DNA of 64,000 nt from Chiloscyllium plagiosum (taxonomy: Eukaryota). Of this stretch, positions 1 to 11,829 are shown in pieces. Positions within the stretch are counted from its first letter, which is position 1; each line of letters opens with the position of its first letter. A program made the translations under genes and the position numbers. The notes beneath the pieces were generated by a model, which ran no database searches, was not told where the DNA came from, and saw only the letters and a list, made by a program, of their open reading frames with translations. The stretch spans positions 33,635,839 to 33,699,838 of the forward strand of contig NC_057736.1 of the NCBI RefSeq assembly GCF_004010195.1. The letters are read 5' to 3'.

Positions 1-234
1 ATCACCCTCACCTTAACCTCCTTCCACCTATCGCATTCCCAATGCCCCTCCCCCAAGTCCCTCCTCCCTACCTTTTATCTTAGCCTGCTTGGCACACCTT
101 CCTCATTCTTGAAGAAGGGCTTATGCCTGAAACGTCGATTCTCCTGCTTCTTGGATGCTGCCTGACCTGCTGCGCTTTTCCAGCAACACATTTTTCAGCT
201 CTGATCTCCAGCATCTGCAGTCCTCACTTTTTCC
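1..234 (+). mobile_element. Penelope-like element terminal repeat (family A) with degenerate hammerhead core, cut by the window edge
   Basis: tTGAAGA-AGGGC-TTAT-GCCT-GAAA-CGTC at 109-136, then the ATGCTGCCTGACCTGCTGCGCTTTTCCAGCA...CTCACTTT tail shared with copies at 8381, 13504, 18719, 34422 and 52424. Confidence 0.8.
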
Positions 235-1450
235 TTACAGAAATACCAGCTTGATGTGGCAAACAATCAAGGTCAGCATGCTATTGAGAGCAACACTCCC
301 AATGAAGACAACAATGGATTCTATAATCGAGTGTGAAATCTTCCATATCCAACCTAAGCAGCAGTTTTGAAACACATGAACACAGAAGACACGTAACGGA
401 ATGAAACAGACAAGCACTTTTCCCAGATCAAGTCCACTACCCAACAAGATGTAACTCTCCAAGTATTCTAAGAAATTATGTCAAAAGCCTGGTTTGAAGC
501 ATCAAGCATACCTACTGTTTGCTATAAAACATACAGCGATTAATTGACAACGCAAGATGGCATCTAGTACAAAGAGCATGGAGTTGTTTCCCTATGCAGT
601 TGAGTGAAGTGATGCTAAAACAAATTTATGCAGGCCACCACGAAAATGAGTCAAGTCTATTGAAGACAATAAGTGTGCTTGATGGGCCAAACATGAAATC
701 AAGGATCTGGTCACCCAGTGCAATATTTGTAAGAACTACCAAACTAAGCAAGCTGGAGAGCCACTATTGAGAGATGAGATCCCAGGAGGCCATGCAAGAA
801 ACTGGGAGTACACCCCTTCACACTTACAGGAACTGATTACCTTGTCACTATAAAATTATATTCTAACCACCAAGAAGTGAACCTGCTGACGTCAATGACT
901 ATGTCTAATGCCTAACAGCTCAGTTCAATAAAGGTGACCAATGACAACGGCCCTAAGTTCACAAGTGAAGAATTCAGCTAAATGATTGAGAAATTCAACA
1001 CCAAACACCATTTCCATGTTATCTCAAATCAAATGGAGAGACTTAAATGGCAGTAAAAGTTGCCACAGGAATAAAAGAGATTGAACAAATGCATTACAAC
1101 CAAGGCAATTCCCTTGAGTGGAGAAACACACCTAGTGAAGGTATCTAAAGTAATCCAGTACAAAGACTAATATCATGCTGCACACCAGTTATGCCACCAA
1201 CAACAAAGCCATTATTGAAGCCAGAGGTAGCAACAGTTGTGAGTGACTACTCAAGGTGAAATGGCAGAAGTTTCATTTTGTCAAATCATGGCTAGAGTTA
1301 AGCACTGGAGAGGCAGTCAGGAAAGGATCTTCAATGTTTTTGACAAAGGTAAGCCCATTTATCACCTTGGTATTTACTCAGGTAATTGTCATCTTGATCA
1401 TACACAGTGAAAGTGAATGACAGTTGCAACTGCAGGAACATTCGCATAAC
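235..1450 (+). pseudogene. Ty3/Gypsy pol remnant (integrase zinc-binding and DDE core), frameshifted
   Basis: Manual translation gives MLKQIYAGHH...EIKDLVTQCNICKNYQTKQAGEPL (HHCC), LGVHPFTLTGTDYLVT, VTNDNGPKFTSEEF (SDNGxxF), YLKSNGE and LEWRNTPSEG..NPVQRL, in integrase order with stops and frameshifts. Confidence 0.85.
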
Positions 1451-1929
1451 TGGAGAAGTTGTTTCTCAACTGATGGTCACTGATCAAAAACAAATAAATT
1501 CACCACTTGCACAGTCCATAGACACCAGGGGCCAATTAACAAAGAAATAACAAGTGAACAATATGCCCCGGAGAAAAAAACATTACTCAGATGAACAGAC
1601 AAAAACAATTTGAACAAATACCATGAAGAGACCATCACAATTCAAATACTATGTATGCAATGCATTTGCAAAGACTGACAAGAATAACAAACTGCAAATA
1701 CATGAGAACTGATGTGTGCATTTGTCTAATTTGGGTATCACAAAATGTACATGATAACGTGTGCAAATTCTTTTGTATAGATGCTTGGATTAAAATGTAC
1801 GTACATGTCTGTAAATGGATGTGTGTAAATGTATGTACAAAATATCAAGTACAACTTATTTGCTGATCTGTTGTTGTCTGGTGATCTCTCACCATGAACC
1901 ATATAAACTCCAAGCAGCCATCTTTGAGG

Positions 1930-4900
1930 ATCATAGAACATAAAACAGTACAGTACAGGAAATGGCCCTTTGGCCCACAATATTTTGCCGAATATTACGT
2001 CAAATTAAACTAATCCCTTCTGCCTGCCCTTGGTCCATATTCCTCCATTCCTTGCATATTCATGTGCTAATGTAAAAGTCCCTTAAATGCTCCTATCGTA
2101 TCTACCTCAACCACCAACCCTGGCAGCACGTTTCACACTCTTACTGCCCTCTATATAAAACCTTGTCCCTCACATCTTCTTTGAATTTTCCCCTTCCCAA
2201 TATAAATGCATTGCCCCGTATTAGACATTTCAACTCTGGAAAAAATATTCTGACCGTCAACCCTATCTATGCATCTCATAATTCTGGAAACTTCTATCGA
2301 GTCTCCCCTCAGCCTCCACCACTCTTGAGAAAACAACCAGAGTTTTCTAGCTTCTCCTTATTGCTCATACCCTCTAATCCAGGCAGCATCCTGGTAAACC
2401 TCTTCTGCACCCTCTCCAAAGCCTCCACATCCTTCCTGTAATGTGGTGGCCAGAATTGAATGTACTACTTAAAGTGTGGTCTCATCAAAGTCTTATAAAC
2501 CTGCAGTATGATATCCTGACTCTTGTATTCAATTGCCTGACTAATAAAGGTAAGTATGCCATTTGCCTTCTTCACCACGCCATTTACTTGAGTGACCACT
2601 TTCTGTGAGCTGTGGACTTGAACCCCAAGATCTCTACATACATCTATGATGTTCAGGGTCCAGCCATCAACTGTGTACTTTCCTTAATAGTTGATCTCCC
2701 AAACTGCAGCACCTTACGCTTACCCGGATTAAACTCCATCCACCATTTCTCCACCCATACTTGCAACTGATCTATATCCTGTTGTGTCCTTTAACAACTT
2801 TTTACACTATTCACAACTCTCCCGATCTTTGTTTTGTCTCCAAACTTAGTAAGCCAGCCATCTACATTTTTATCCAAGTACTTTACATTTTTTTACAAAC
2901 AGCAAAGGTCCCAGTACAGATCCCTGCGGAACACCACTAATCATGGACCTCCAGCCTGAAAAACACCCTTCCACCACAACCCTCTGCCTTCTATGGGCAA
3001 GCCAATTCTGAATCCACACGGGCAGGTTACCATGGATCCCATGCATTTTAATCTTCCGGACAAGTCTCCCCTGATGGACCTTGTCAAAAGCCTTACTAAA
3101 ATCCATGTTGACAACATCCACTCCATCGATCACTTCGTCACCTCCTTGAAAAATTCAATTAAGTTAGAAAGACATGACCCACCCCACACAAAGTCATGCT
3201 GACTGTCCCTGATTAGGCGATGCTTTTCCAAACTTACATAAATCCTATCCCTAAGAATTCTCTCCAAAAGCTTCCCAACCACCGATGTGAAACTGATCAG
3301 TTTAGAGTTTCCTGGATTATTCCTGTTTCCCATCTTGAGCAGAGGAACAACATTACCGACTCGCCAGTTCTCTGAGACCTCTCCAGTAGCTAACCAGGAT
3401 AGAAAGAACTTGATCAAGGCCCTCCTCTCTTGCCTCTCTCAATAACCTGGGATAAACCCCATCAGACCCTGAGGACTTATCTACCCTAATGCTCTTCAAG
3501 AGACCCAAAACCACTTCCTTCTTGATCTCAAAGTTCCCTAGCATATTAGCATGCTCCACACAAATCTCACAATCCTCCATATCCTTCTCTTGGGTGAGAA
3601 TACCGGCACTAAGTACTCATTTAGGATCTCACCCACATCCTCGAAGCACAAGTTCCCTTCTTTATCCTTGAGTTGTCCTACCTTTTCCTTAGTTATCTTA
3701 TTTTTAATGTATGTATAGAATGCCTTAGGATTCTTTCTAACCCTACTTGCCAACATCATTTCACGGTCCCTTCTTGCTCTCCTAATTCCCTGCTTGACTT
3801 CTTTTCCTGCTCTCTTTATCTTGCTCACAGGCCCTGTCCAACTTTAGCTACCTAAACCTTACATATGCTTCTTTTTTTCCTTTTGATTAAACTCGCAACC
3901 TTCCTTGCTATCTAAGGGTCCCTTACCTTGCATCCTTCTCCTTGTTCCTTACTGCAACATGTCGGTCCTGAACTCTGATCAGCAAGTCTTTCAACAACTC
4001 TCACATGTCAAATGTAGACTTGCCGGATAACAGCTTTTCCCAATTAACACTCACTAGCTCCTGCCTATTACTGATCTATTTTGCCCTTTCCCAATTTAAT
4101 ACCTTCTCGCAAGGTCCTGACTTATCTTTTTTCACAGCAATCTTAAAACTTACGGAGTTATAACCACTGTTTCCAAAATGCTTTCCCACTGAAAGGTCAG
4201 TCTCCAGGCCAGGCTCATTAGCTAATCCAAGGTCAAGTATGGCCCCTCCTCTACTGAGACTATTCATATCCTGCTTCAAGAAACCCTGTTGGATGCACTT
4301 AACAAATTCTGCTCTGTCTAAGCCTCTTGCTGTAAGGGAGTTCAAGTCATTATTGGGGAAGTTAAAGTCACTAACTATGACAACCCTGCTGTTATTGCAT
4401 CTTTTCATAATCTGCCCACATATTTGTTCCTCACTGTCCCAGTGGCTGTGGGAGGAGGGCCAACAGTATAATCCTATCCAAGTGAGTTGACCCATCTTAT
4501 TTTTGAGCTGTACCCATATTGCCTCAGTGGATGAGCCCTCCAGTATGTCCTCTCTGAGTACAGATGTGACATTCTCCCTCATTAGTTATGCAACTCCTTC
4601 ATTTATTTTACTTTCCTCTCTAGCTCATCTAAAATGACAAAATCCTGGAACATTGAGCAGCCAGTCCTGTCCCTCTTTCAACCAAGTCTCTGTAACTGCC
4701 ACAACATCATACCTATAATACTCCTTGTCTTGAAGTAAACACATTTCAGCCCATGAGTACTATCATATTCATTTACCTGACTCTGCCTATCCTTCCTTTC
4801 TGACTTACTCATCCGAACATCTACCTCCCCCTCAATCCCTCCACTTGCTGACCTACTGCTCTGGTTCCCAGCCCCTTACCAATCTAGCTTAAACCCACCC

Positions 4901-5176
4901 AATAGAACTCGCAAACCTCTCTCAGAGGATATTGGGTCCCTTCCCGGTGTACAGGTCACCCCTGCCTGACAGGAGATCCCAATGATCCTGAAACCCTGCC
5001 CCCTGCACCAGTTCCTTAGCCATGCATTCATCTGTCCTATTGTTCTTTTCCTTTCCTCACTAGCACATGGCAAGGGTAGTAACCAAGAAATTACTACCCT
5101 CGAGGTCCTACTTTTCAGTCTCTTTCCTAACTCCTTTTATTCACTCCACAGGACTCCATCCCTCTTTCTCCCGATG
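1930..5176 (-). mobile_element. CR1-clade (HER1-related) LINE, ~3.2 kb, decayed: ORF1 end, APE endonuclease, RT and 3' tail
   Basis: ORF fragments show SDFNFP and ILDL (4076-4582), W..GNVVPLLK.G (3130-3417), and DFSKAFD plus GVPQGSVLGP (2870-3133). Short-repeat 3' tail near 1930. Confidence 0.93.
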
Positions 5177-5239
5177 TCAACTGCTGTCTGCTAAACACAG
5201 AACAAATAGAATTCTTGTACAACACAGAGAATATACATA

Positions 5240-5376
5240 CAAAAACAAAATGCACCAGATGCTAGAAATCTGAATTAAAAACAGAAAATGCTAGAGAAGC
5301 TCAGCAAGTTTGGCAGCATCAGTGGTGACAGAATCAGGGTTAATGTTTCAAGTCCAGTACAACCCTTCTTCAGAAC
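5240..5376 (-). mobile_element. Penelope-derived cassette (family B) with hammerhead core
   Basis: Minus strand reads gttCTGAAGAAGGGTTGTACTGGACTTGAAACATTAAC, followed by the family-B tail. Confidence 0.7.
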
Positions 5377-5878
5377 ATAAGAGGGTGTACATGTATGAAT
5401 GTGTCATTTCTGAATGGAATAATGTCAGCAGTGTCAATCCAAAGGCTGCTGACAGCATTGGACAATTATCAAAATAGATATTACTAATAATAGACCACTT
5501 TTAATTCTAAAAGTATTGATGGAAATAAAATATTTTACTGGTGGAATACTCTTCAAAAGTTACCACATTTCTCACTGCTAAACGAATAAATAATTGTCAA
5601 TGCTGAACCACCAAGTACACTTTTTAATTCTTTTTCAGCTACTTTCCAACAGCAAATCCTCATTGGCGATTGACAATACCTCTCAATTTATTTCAGACAA
5701 AAATCACAACAATTCTCAATCCATTGCAAGCCCAAATCATAATGGGCTTTAAAACATTATGAACCCAAGTCACAATAACCCTGAACCCTCTCCCGAACCA
5801 GTTCTGATAAATTGCAACCAACCCACATTCTCCTATTTCCTGACCACCTTTAATTTCATGGTTGGAAGCCTGCAGGAT

Positions 5879-5952
5879 TGGTCAGCAAGGAAATTGAATT
5901 AATGACCTTGGCATTATTAGCATCACGCTCTAACCATCTGAGCTAACTGACC
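5879..5952 (-). pseudogene. tRNA-Ile(AAT) pseudogene
   Basis: Minus strand GGTCAGTTAGCTCAGATGGTTAGAGCGTGATGCTAATAATGCCAAGGTCATTAATTCAATTTCCTTGCTGACCA is colinear with vertebrate tRNA-Ile(AAT). Acceptor stem and D arm pair; anticodon stem is weak; T stem and B box are destroyed. Confidence 0.8.
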
Positions 5953-6244
5953 AAGACAATAAGCTTGACCTGTCTCCCCTACTTATCTGGATGCAGGTGT
6001 AATGGGAGGGAGATAACAGGCAGGCTTGTCTAACTTTGGTGTGGTAAAGTACAAATGCTGATCTTTTATATACACACTATCCCACTCCAATGCATGTTGT
6101 GGAACATTACACAAATTAAGTTGGTCGCCTATTATTTTTGACAGTATCCCATCCACAAGATAATACTGGCTCATTCTAACAGGACGAATAATCAGCAGGA
6201 CTCAGTCGGACTGTTGCACCAGCAATTTTTTGCAAAATTCAATA

Positions 6245-6450
6245 ACAGACTGTCAACATCATGCTATTTCAGTGTTATACTGGGAACATATTGTACCATC
6301 ACAAATACAGTCTTGTGGATGAGACATGAAATCCAGGTTCCTTCAGCTTGTTCAGGTCATTGCAAAATACTATTTATCAACAGTTAAAGAAAGGATCAAT
6401 GGTGCTTACTAACATGCCTGTCTCAGGTAATATCATAAAACAAATCTTCT
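6245..6450 (+). mobile_element. Old Deu-domain SINE fragment (SacSINE1-like)
   Basis: GTCTTGTGGATGAGACATGAAATCCAGG resembles the Deu core GTCTTTCGGATGAGACGTTAAACCGAGG; colinear with 7108-7625. Confidence 0.5.
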
Positions 6451-6461
6451 ATTATTAATTT

Positions 6462-6988
6462 AGATGAAAGTGGTGGTGTAATGGCAATTTCACTGATTAG
6501 TAATCAAATAACACAGGTCGATCTTTCAGAGACAGGGGTTTGGACCCCACCATGGTAGGTGGTGAATTTAAATGAAATTAGAGCACTAGTATAATAGCAA
6601 AGATATCGTCCCTGTTGATGGCCAGAAAAAGCACATCTTGATTGCTCATCTTTCAGGTTGAGTGACACTTCCTCAGAACTCGACCTGAAACATTAACTCC
6701 GATTTCTCTCCACAGATGCTGCAAGACCTGCTGAGCTTTTCCAGCAATTCCTGTTTTGTTTCTGATTTACAGTATCCACAGTTTTTTTCTTCTTTACTAA
6801 TGTTCTTCAGGGAAGAAAAGCTGCCATCCTTGCCTGGTCTGGCCGAAATGTAACACCAGACTGACTGAAATATGGTTGATTCATAAATTGGTGACTCTCA
6901 GAAATAAATCTTAACTTCCTGCTGGGTAATTGGAGATGGGCTACCCTATGCAGCAATACACACATGCCATTCTTGAGCAAAGAAAAAC
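6462..6988 (+). mobile_element. tRNA-derived SINE (MetaSINE-like core), interrupted by a family-B Penelope cassette at ~6646-6790
   Basis: Colinear with 32159-32526 (CTAATGTTCTTCAGGGAAG...CCTGGTCTGGCC). The nested piece has an inverted then a direct hammerhead half. Confidence 0.7.
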
Positions 6989-7107
6989 GTGTTGTTTTGG
7001 ACCTGGTCATACCTACATAACCTGCTGTAATCATATACATAACAGTGATTACACTTCAAAAAAGATTCCATTAATTATAAATACATTGAAAGGATTGTGA
7101 TAACATT

Positions 7108-7625
7108 AGTGGAGGTCGTGGTTTAGCTGGTTGCACTCCGGTTTCTAGGTGAGAAAGTTTCTGGATCGCACCACAGGACTTAGCTATAAACAAAGCTGAC
7201 ACTTTAGTGCATTACTGAAAGTGTCCAGCACTGTCTTTTGGAAAAGACATTTAAAGCAATGCTCTGCATTCTCACCCAGGTGGACATAAAACATACCAAA
7301 GTGCTGTCTTGAAGAAGAGCAAGTGACTTATCTGCGAAATACTTACCCATCAATCAACATTGCGAAAACGTTATTTGGCCATTTTGACGTTGCAATTTAT
7401 GAGAACTTGCTCTACAGACACCAGTGATTACATTTCAAAAGAGTTCCAATTACCGTAAATTACTTGGAAATATACTGATGACATAGTTCTGTGGAAGGGT
7501 CACTTCACCTGAAATGTTAACTCTGATTTCTTTCTGCATATACTGTCAGACCTGCTGAGCTTTCCAGCAATACCTGCTTTTACTGAGGATATACATTGGA
7601 GGATGCTGTACAGATACATTTTTTT
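7108..7625 (+). mobile_element. Deu-domain SINE (SacSINE1-like), interrupted by a family-B Penelope cassette at ~7485-7580
   Basis: tRNA-like head, CAGGTGGACATAAAA...TTGAAGAAGAGCA core and CAGTGATTACATTTCAAAA tail. The insert is flanked by the imperfect duplication TACTGATGACATA/TACTGAGGATATA. Confidence 0.7.
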
Positions 7626-8242
7626 GCAGATATTTAATATACTTATCTCTTCTTTCTCTTTGGTTATCTTTTACTACTTCTAGTGTAACAACAGTATGCA
7701 GTCATTGTTTAAATGTACAATAACATTTCTAAGGCTCTCTGATATAGTTGCGAAATCAATTTAACCATTTTAGCTGTAATCTCTAATCAAAGTTGAGGTT
7801 TATGAAACTAATTGAGTCATAAAAATGTAGCTACTGTGAAAAAAACTGTTCAAGGCAATGGTACAGTGGCCACAGGTCAATGGTATTTTTTCAGTATGAT
7901 TGTGAATATAAATTAAAGATTAGATATTGTCAGTTGTTATACTGCAAATGAACAGTTTTGTTTGTTGCCAAGTATGGAACTTCAAGTGGTCTGCTATTCT
8001 CTAAAATTAACTGTACAATTCAAAATGTTACACAAAAAGTTAAAAGCTTGCCATTTATAGAAAAATGGCAATTGTGGTTTTCTTTTCCTTTCATAGTTCG
8101 ATTTCGTAGGAGGTCTACAAGGAAGAGGCAGGGAAGGCTTTCACAGAAACAACTTGGAATGAACACAATGGGCAGAGTCTTATGGAGGCTTGAACAACAG
8201 GATCTATAGCAAGAATTGTGGCTGAATCATGCAGGATGTTAC

Positions 8243-8830
8243 ATAAGAATACATGATTTAGGAGCAGGAGTAGGCCATCTTTGAGCCTACTCCACCATCA
8301 TGGCTGATCCTCTTGTGGCTTCAGCTCCACATACTTGCCCTCTCACCGTAACCCTCAATTACTGGCACGTTATTTATATCGGGAAGGAGAAAGTGAGGAC
8401 AGCAGATGCTGGAGATCAGAGCTTAAAAATGTGTTGCTGGAATAGCGCAGCAGGTCAGGCAGCATCAAAGGAACAGGAGAATTGACGTTTCGGGAATCAG
8501 GAATCTGAAGAAGGGCTTATGCCCGAAACACCGATTCTCGTTCCTTTGATGCTGCCTGACCTGCTGCGCTTTTCCAGCAACACATTTTTAAGCACGTTAT
8601 TTATATCCTCCACTGTGAAGAGCGATACAAAATACCTATTCGATGTCTCGGCCATTTCCTCATATCCCTTTACTAAATCCCCCTTCTCATCCTCAAAAGG
8701 GTTACCTTAGCCACTCCTTTTCATTTTCTGAATTTATAGAAACTTTTGCAATCTATCTCTATCTTCTAAACTAGTTTAATCTCATAATCTATCTTACTTT
8801 TCTGTATAGCTTCAGTGAGGCATGTCTTTG
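8243..8830 (-). mobile_element. CR1 LINE fragments hosting a Penelope cassette
   Basis: CATAAGA...AGGAGCAGGAGTAGGCCAT CR1 3' end, and ORF2-like sequence at 8607-8830 (EMAETSNRYFVSLFTVED on the minus strand). Confidence 0.7.
8381..8591. mobile_element. Penelope family-A cassette with inverted arms and 16-bp TSD
   Basis: GCACGTTATTTATATC at 8365-8380 and 8592-8607. Left arm is the reverse complement of the right arm. CTGAAGA-AGGGC-TTAT-GCCC-GAAA at 8505-8528. Confidence 0.88.
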
Positions 8831-9417
8831 GGAACCACTCACTGCATCTTTTTCCTAAAGTTCCAGTGTGGAGTTGAGATTCTCGATGGCAGTGACAAGT
8901 TGCCTATTAAAGGAGGTTATTGCTTGTTAACAACCTTATTGACACATACCTCTTTTATTCACAATGCAGCTTCCTATATGACCACCCGACATGAGCAAAC
9001 CAGATGTTGAGAATTTAACAACATGGAAAACAGAATAAGCACTTGGTGACTTCTGCTTGACATTGTCTCCAAAGAACCTCCATACTGGTCACCACACAAC
9101 AGCTTCTCAGGGCACATCAACTGCATGCCCCTCTCCCACAGACACTAGCAACTGATAATTGGCAAAAGCTTCAGGGGTCTCACGGAGCCTCACTTGCTAA
9201 TTTACATGCAGTTTGTTTAGAAAACAAAGTGCCATATTATACAGCCCATTGGCAACTACATTTAAAAGCTGCTGGAGGATTACACTGTGTGCAGGGACAG
9301 GCACTGAACTCATAGACTGGACCTGTCTGCATCTCATGCCTACTCACTTGCTCCCTTTGCACTCATTCATTCAGTGCCTCCCTGTACAGTCACAGCAACC
9401 ATGCCTTGCCTTGCCAT

Positions 9418-10788
9418 TGTTATAGACCAGGCCAGACTCTCTCAAAACATTTCAAAAAGGTACGCAAACACAAACACTTGTAGTTGTTTTAAGGAGATGA
9501 AAGGTGGATATTCCAGGAGTTATGCAGCTGGTCAAACCACTTCGCTTGAAGCAAAACAGAATTTATTTAAGCACTATGGATGAAACATGAACAAAAAAAA
9601 ACAAAATTTAGAATAACAACTTATTCTAAGTTGAAAATCCAATCCTTGCAACATCCCATAAACACACCCCTTGGCAAATGTAAATTCAAATACAGGTTCT
9701 TACAGGCAGGAGAGGAATCAGAGAGAAAGTTTAGGCAAGACCCCTGTTGAAACATGGAATCTCTTTTCACTGTAGCTGCTTCTCTAGGTTCCCAGCTAAA
9801 ACTAAACCAAACCAGGAATCAGAACACCCTGAACTGGGAGAACTGGCCACTCCCCTTTCATTATACAACTGTTCAAAAATAAAACCAAAACGCGTTTTCC
9901 CTGCTTTTTGCCTAAGGCAGTAAAGTGGAACCTCGACTATCCGAATGTGATGGGCGGACACTATTTCGTTCAGATAATCAATTATTCGAAAAATTGATTA
10001 AATACCTTTCCTCTGGGGCTCAGAGGTTTAAACTCTGCTCCCTATTCAGGAGACTGCAGCAGCATGCGAAACCCCACCCCCCCCAACACTGCCCTCTCAT
10101 CCAACCCCGCCCCCTAACCCAGTCCAACACTGTCCCTGCCCCCAGTACAAATCACGCGAGCCACTGCCCCCAACCCGGTCCAACCCTGCCCCTAACACAG
10201 CCCTCCACCGCCGTCCCCCTCTGCCCACCCCCAGCCCCTCTCCGGGGCATCCGGGCTGGACACCAACACCAAGACTGCTGCTGCTGTCTTTGTGGGCTAA
10301 GTCTCCAAATAGCACACACACACGCAGCCAGAGCCACACACGCAATCTTTCACTGCAAATTTTTGACAGGTTCCATGTTTGGCCGATGCAGGACAATTTG
10401 GAGAGATTATCCCTGGGAAGCCGGTGGGGAGGGGGGCACAGTTGTGTGGGGCACACCCCTCCGTATAACTCCAGGGAAAGTGTGAGGACAGAGAGAGGGC
10501 GAGAGGTCAGTCATTTGGAGACGGTGCCTGTGTAATCACTGTAAACAAAAGACACGATCACTGCTAGAAACAGGTCTTTGATGTAATGTTTCTATCGGGA
10601 CCTCAAGAACTCCTTTGGATAATCCGATTTTCGGATAATTGGTATTCGGATAATTGAGGTTCCCCTGTATCTGTTAGCTATGATCAATGTGTCCTAACCC
10701 TAGACAAGTCGGAACCTCTGTCTTTTACAATCCCTTTTGAAAAAAACTAAGGACAATATAAGCTTGTTATAGGAGTAGCATCGTCACA
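9418..10788 (-). mobile_element. Solo LTR (~625 bp without the nested MITE), probably Gypsy-type
   Basis: TGT...ACA termini, 4-bp TSD CCAT (9414-9417, 10789-10792) and AATAAA on the minus strand. Similar to the LTR piece ending at 45797. Confidence 0.85.
9923..10667. mobile_element. Non-autonomous Tc1/mariner-pogo (Tigger-like) DNA transposon nested in the LTR
   Basis: TA flanks at 9921-9922 and 10668-10669. TIRs AAGTGGAACCTCGACTATCCGAAT and ATTCGGATAATTGAGGTTCCCCTG, with subterminal TCGGATAAT-like repeats. Confidence 0.88.
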
Positions 10789-11003
10789 CCATGTCATGAC
10801 ATGCTTATTAGCATGTTGACACCTCAGTTAGAGTCTAAAAGCTATCATTTCTGCAGTACGGATATGCCCCTTTAAGCAGACATACACACAGGCTGATTGG
10901 CATGCTTGTCAATGGCAAAATGTCTCGGGTGAGAGACATGTTGCTGAATGCCACACTGAGATGGGATTTTGAGATAACACCGATCGCATATGCCAGCTAT
11001 CTG

Positions 11004-11056
11004 CTTCTCAGATGCTGCCTGACAGGCTGTGCTTTTCCAGCACCACGCTTTTTGAC
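11004..11056 (+). mobile_element. Short family-A Penelope fragment with 11-bp TSD
   Basis: GATGCTGCCTGAC..GCTGTGCTTTTCCAGCACCAC, flanked by CCAGCTATCTG (10993-11003) and CCAGCTACCTG (11057-11067). Confidence 0.7.
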
Positions 11057-11829
11057 CCAGCTACCTGTGTGGCAAACACACTATTCAACAAAATATTCAC
11101 GTCAGAAAGTAAGTGGGGGTTGGTCAGGGGGTCCTGGTACTGTCAAAACCATGAACATCTCTCACACATCCGGAGACTTGGCCATTCATCAACTGAGTCT
11201 CATCAAAGTAGGGAATAATTCTGACTACAATCCTAGGAGTGAACAAGGGTCAGTTCTATCGAGTGTTGTCGGTCAGGGAACTGAAAATGCAGTGGTCAGG
11301 GGGCTGACCAGTCATGTCAAGGGGCAGTTCATCAAGTCAGAGGTCTAGAATGAATACCGGCCTGGAGGTTAAATAGCTAGGAGGTAGTAAAGGGAACTGT
11401 AAGGACAAAATGGGGCTCATTGTCAAAGTGGGTGCGGCAGTTAACAGGGGGGAGGGGTGAATGCAGATGCATGTGTAGAGCTCAAGGTAAGGACAATGAT
11501 GGGATAAAGTCAAGGTATAAGGGAGGGATACAGTACAGTATTTGAGGGCATAGAAAGGCTGCAAGGGTGGGGGGGGGGGGGGGTAGGGGCGAGTGATGGT
11601 AATGGAAATCACCATCACTAAAGCCTCCTCAGGGAGAGTGAAGAGGAAAGACTGAATCAAAGTTGACTGTAGTGGGATTCAGTATGGGAGTGGATGGGTG
11701 AGAATGAACTATTGCAGTAGTGCAAGATAAAACAGGGCATCAAGGTTCCCTGACAATCTGGGAGAGTCCCGTGCTGGCAAAGACCACTGTAAACTGCAGT
11801 CCATGCCATCACTTGCTATTTGATGGACA

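Noticed and set aside
1651-1866. Cys/Val/Met-rich ORF
   Set aside because: It is a product of degenerate (TGTA/TG)n low-complexity sequence.
8097-8209. Host exon after a good acceptor (TTTTCCTTTCATAG)
   Set aside because: No recognisable peptide, stops in all three frames and no partner exons found.
9925-10485. 186-aa ORF, the longest in the window, as a gene or transposase
   Set aside because: It lies inside a GC-rich MITE, is Pro/Cys low-complexity and has no DDE or helix-turn-helix motif.
10902-11348. 148-aa ORF (likewise 28697-29191 and the many MLPDLL/MCCWK ORFs)
   Set aside because: These read through repeat fragments. The recurring peptides are translations of the non-coding Penelope cassette.
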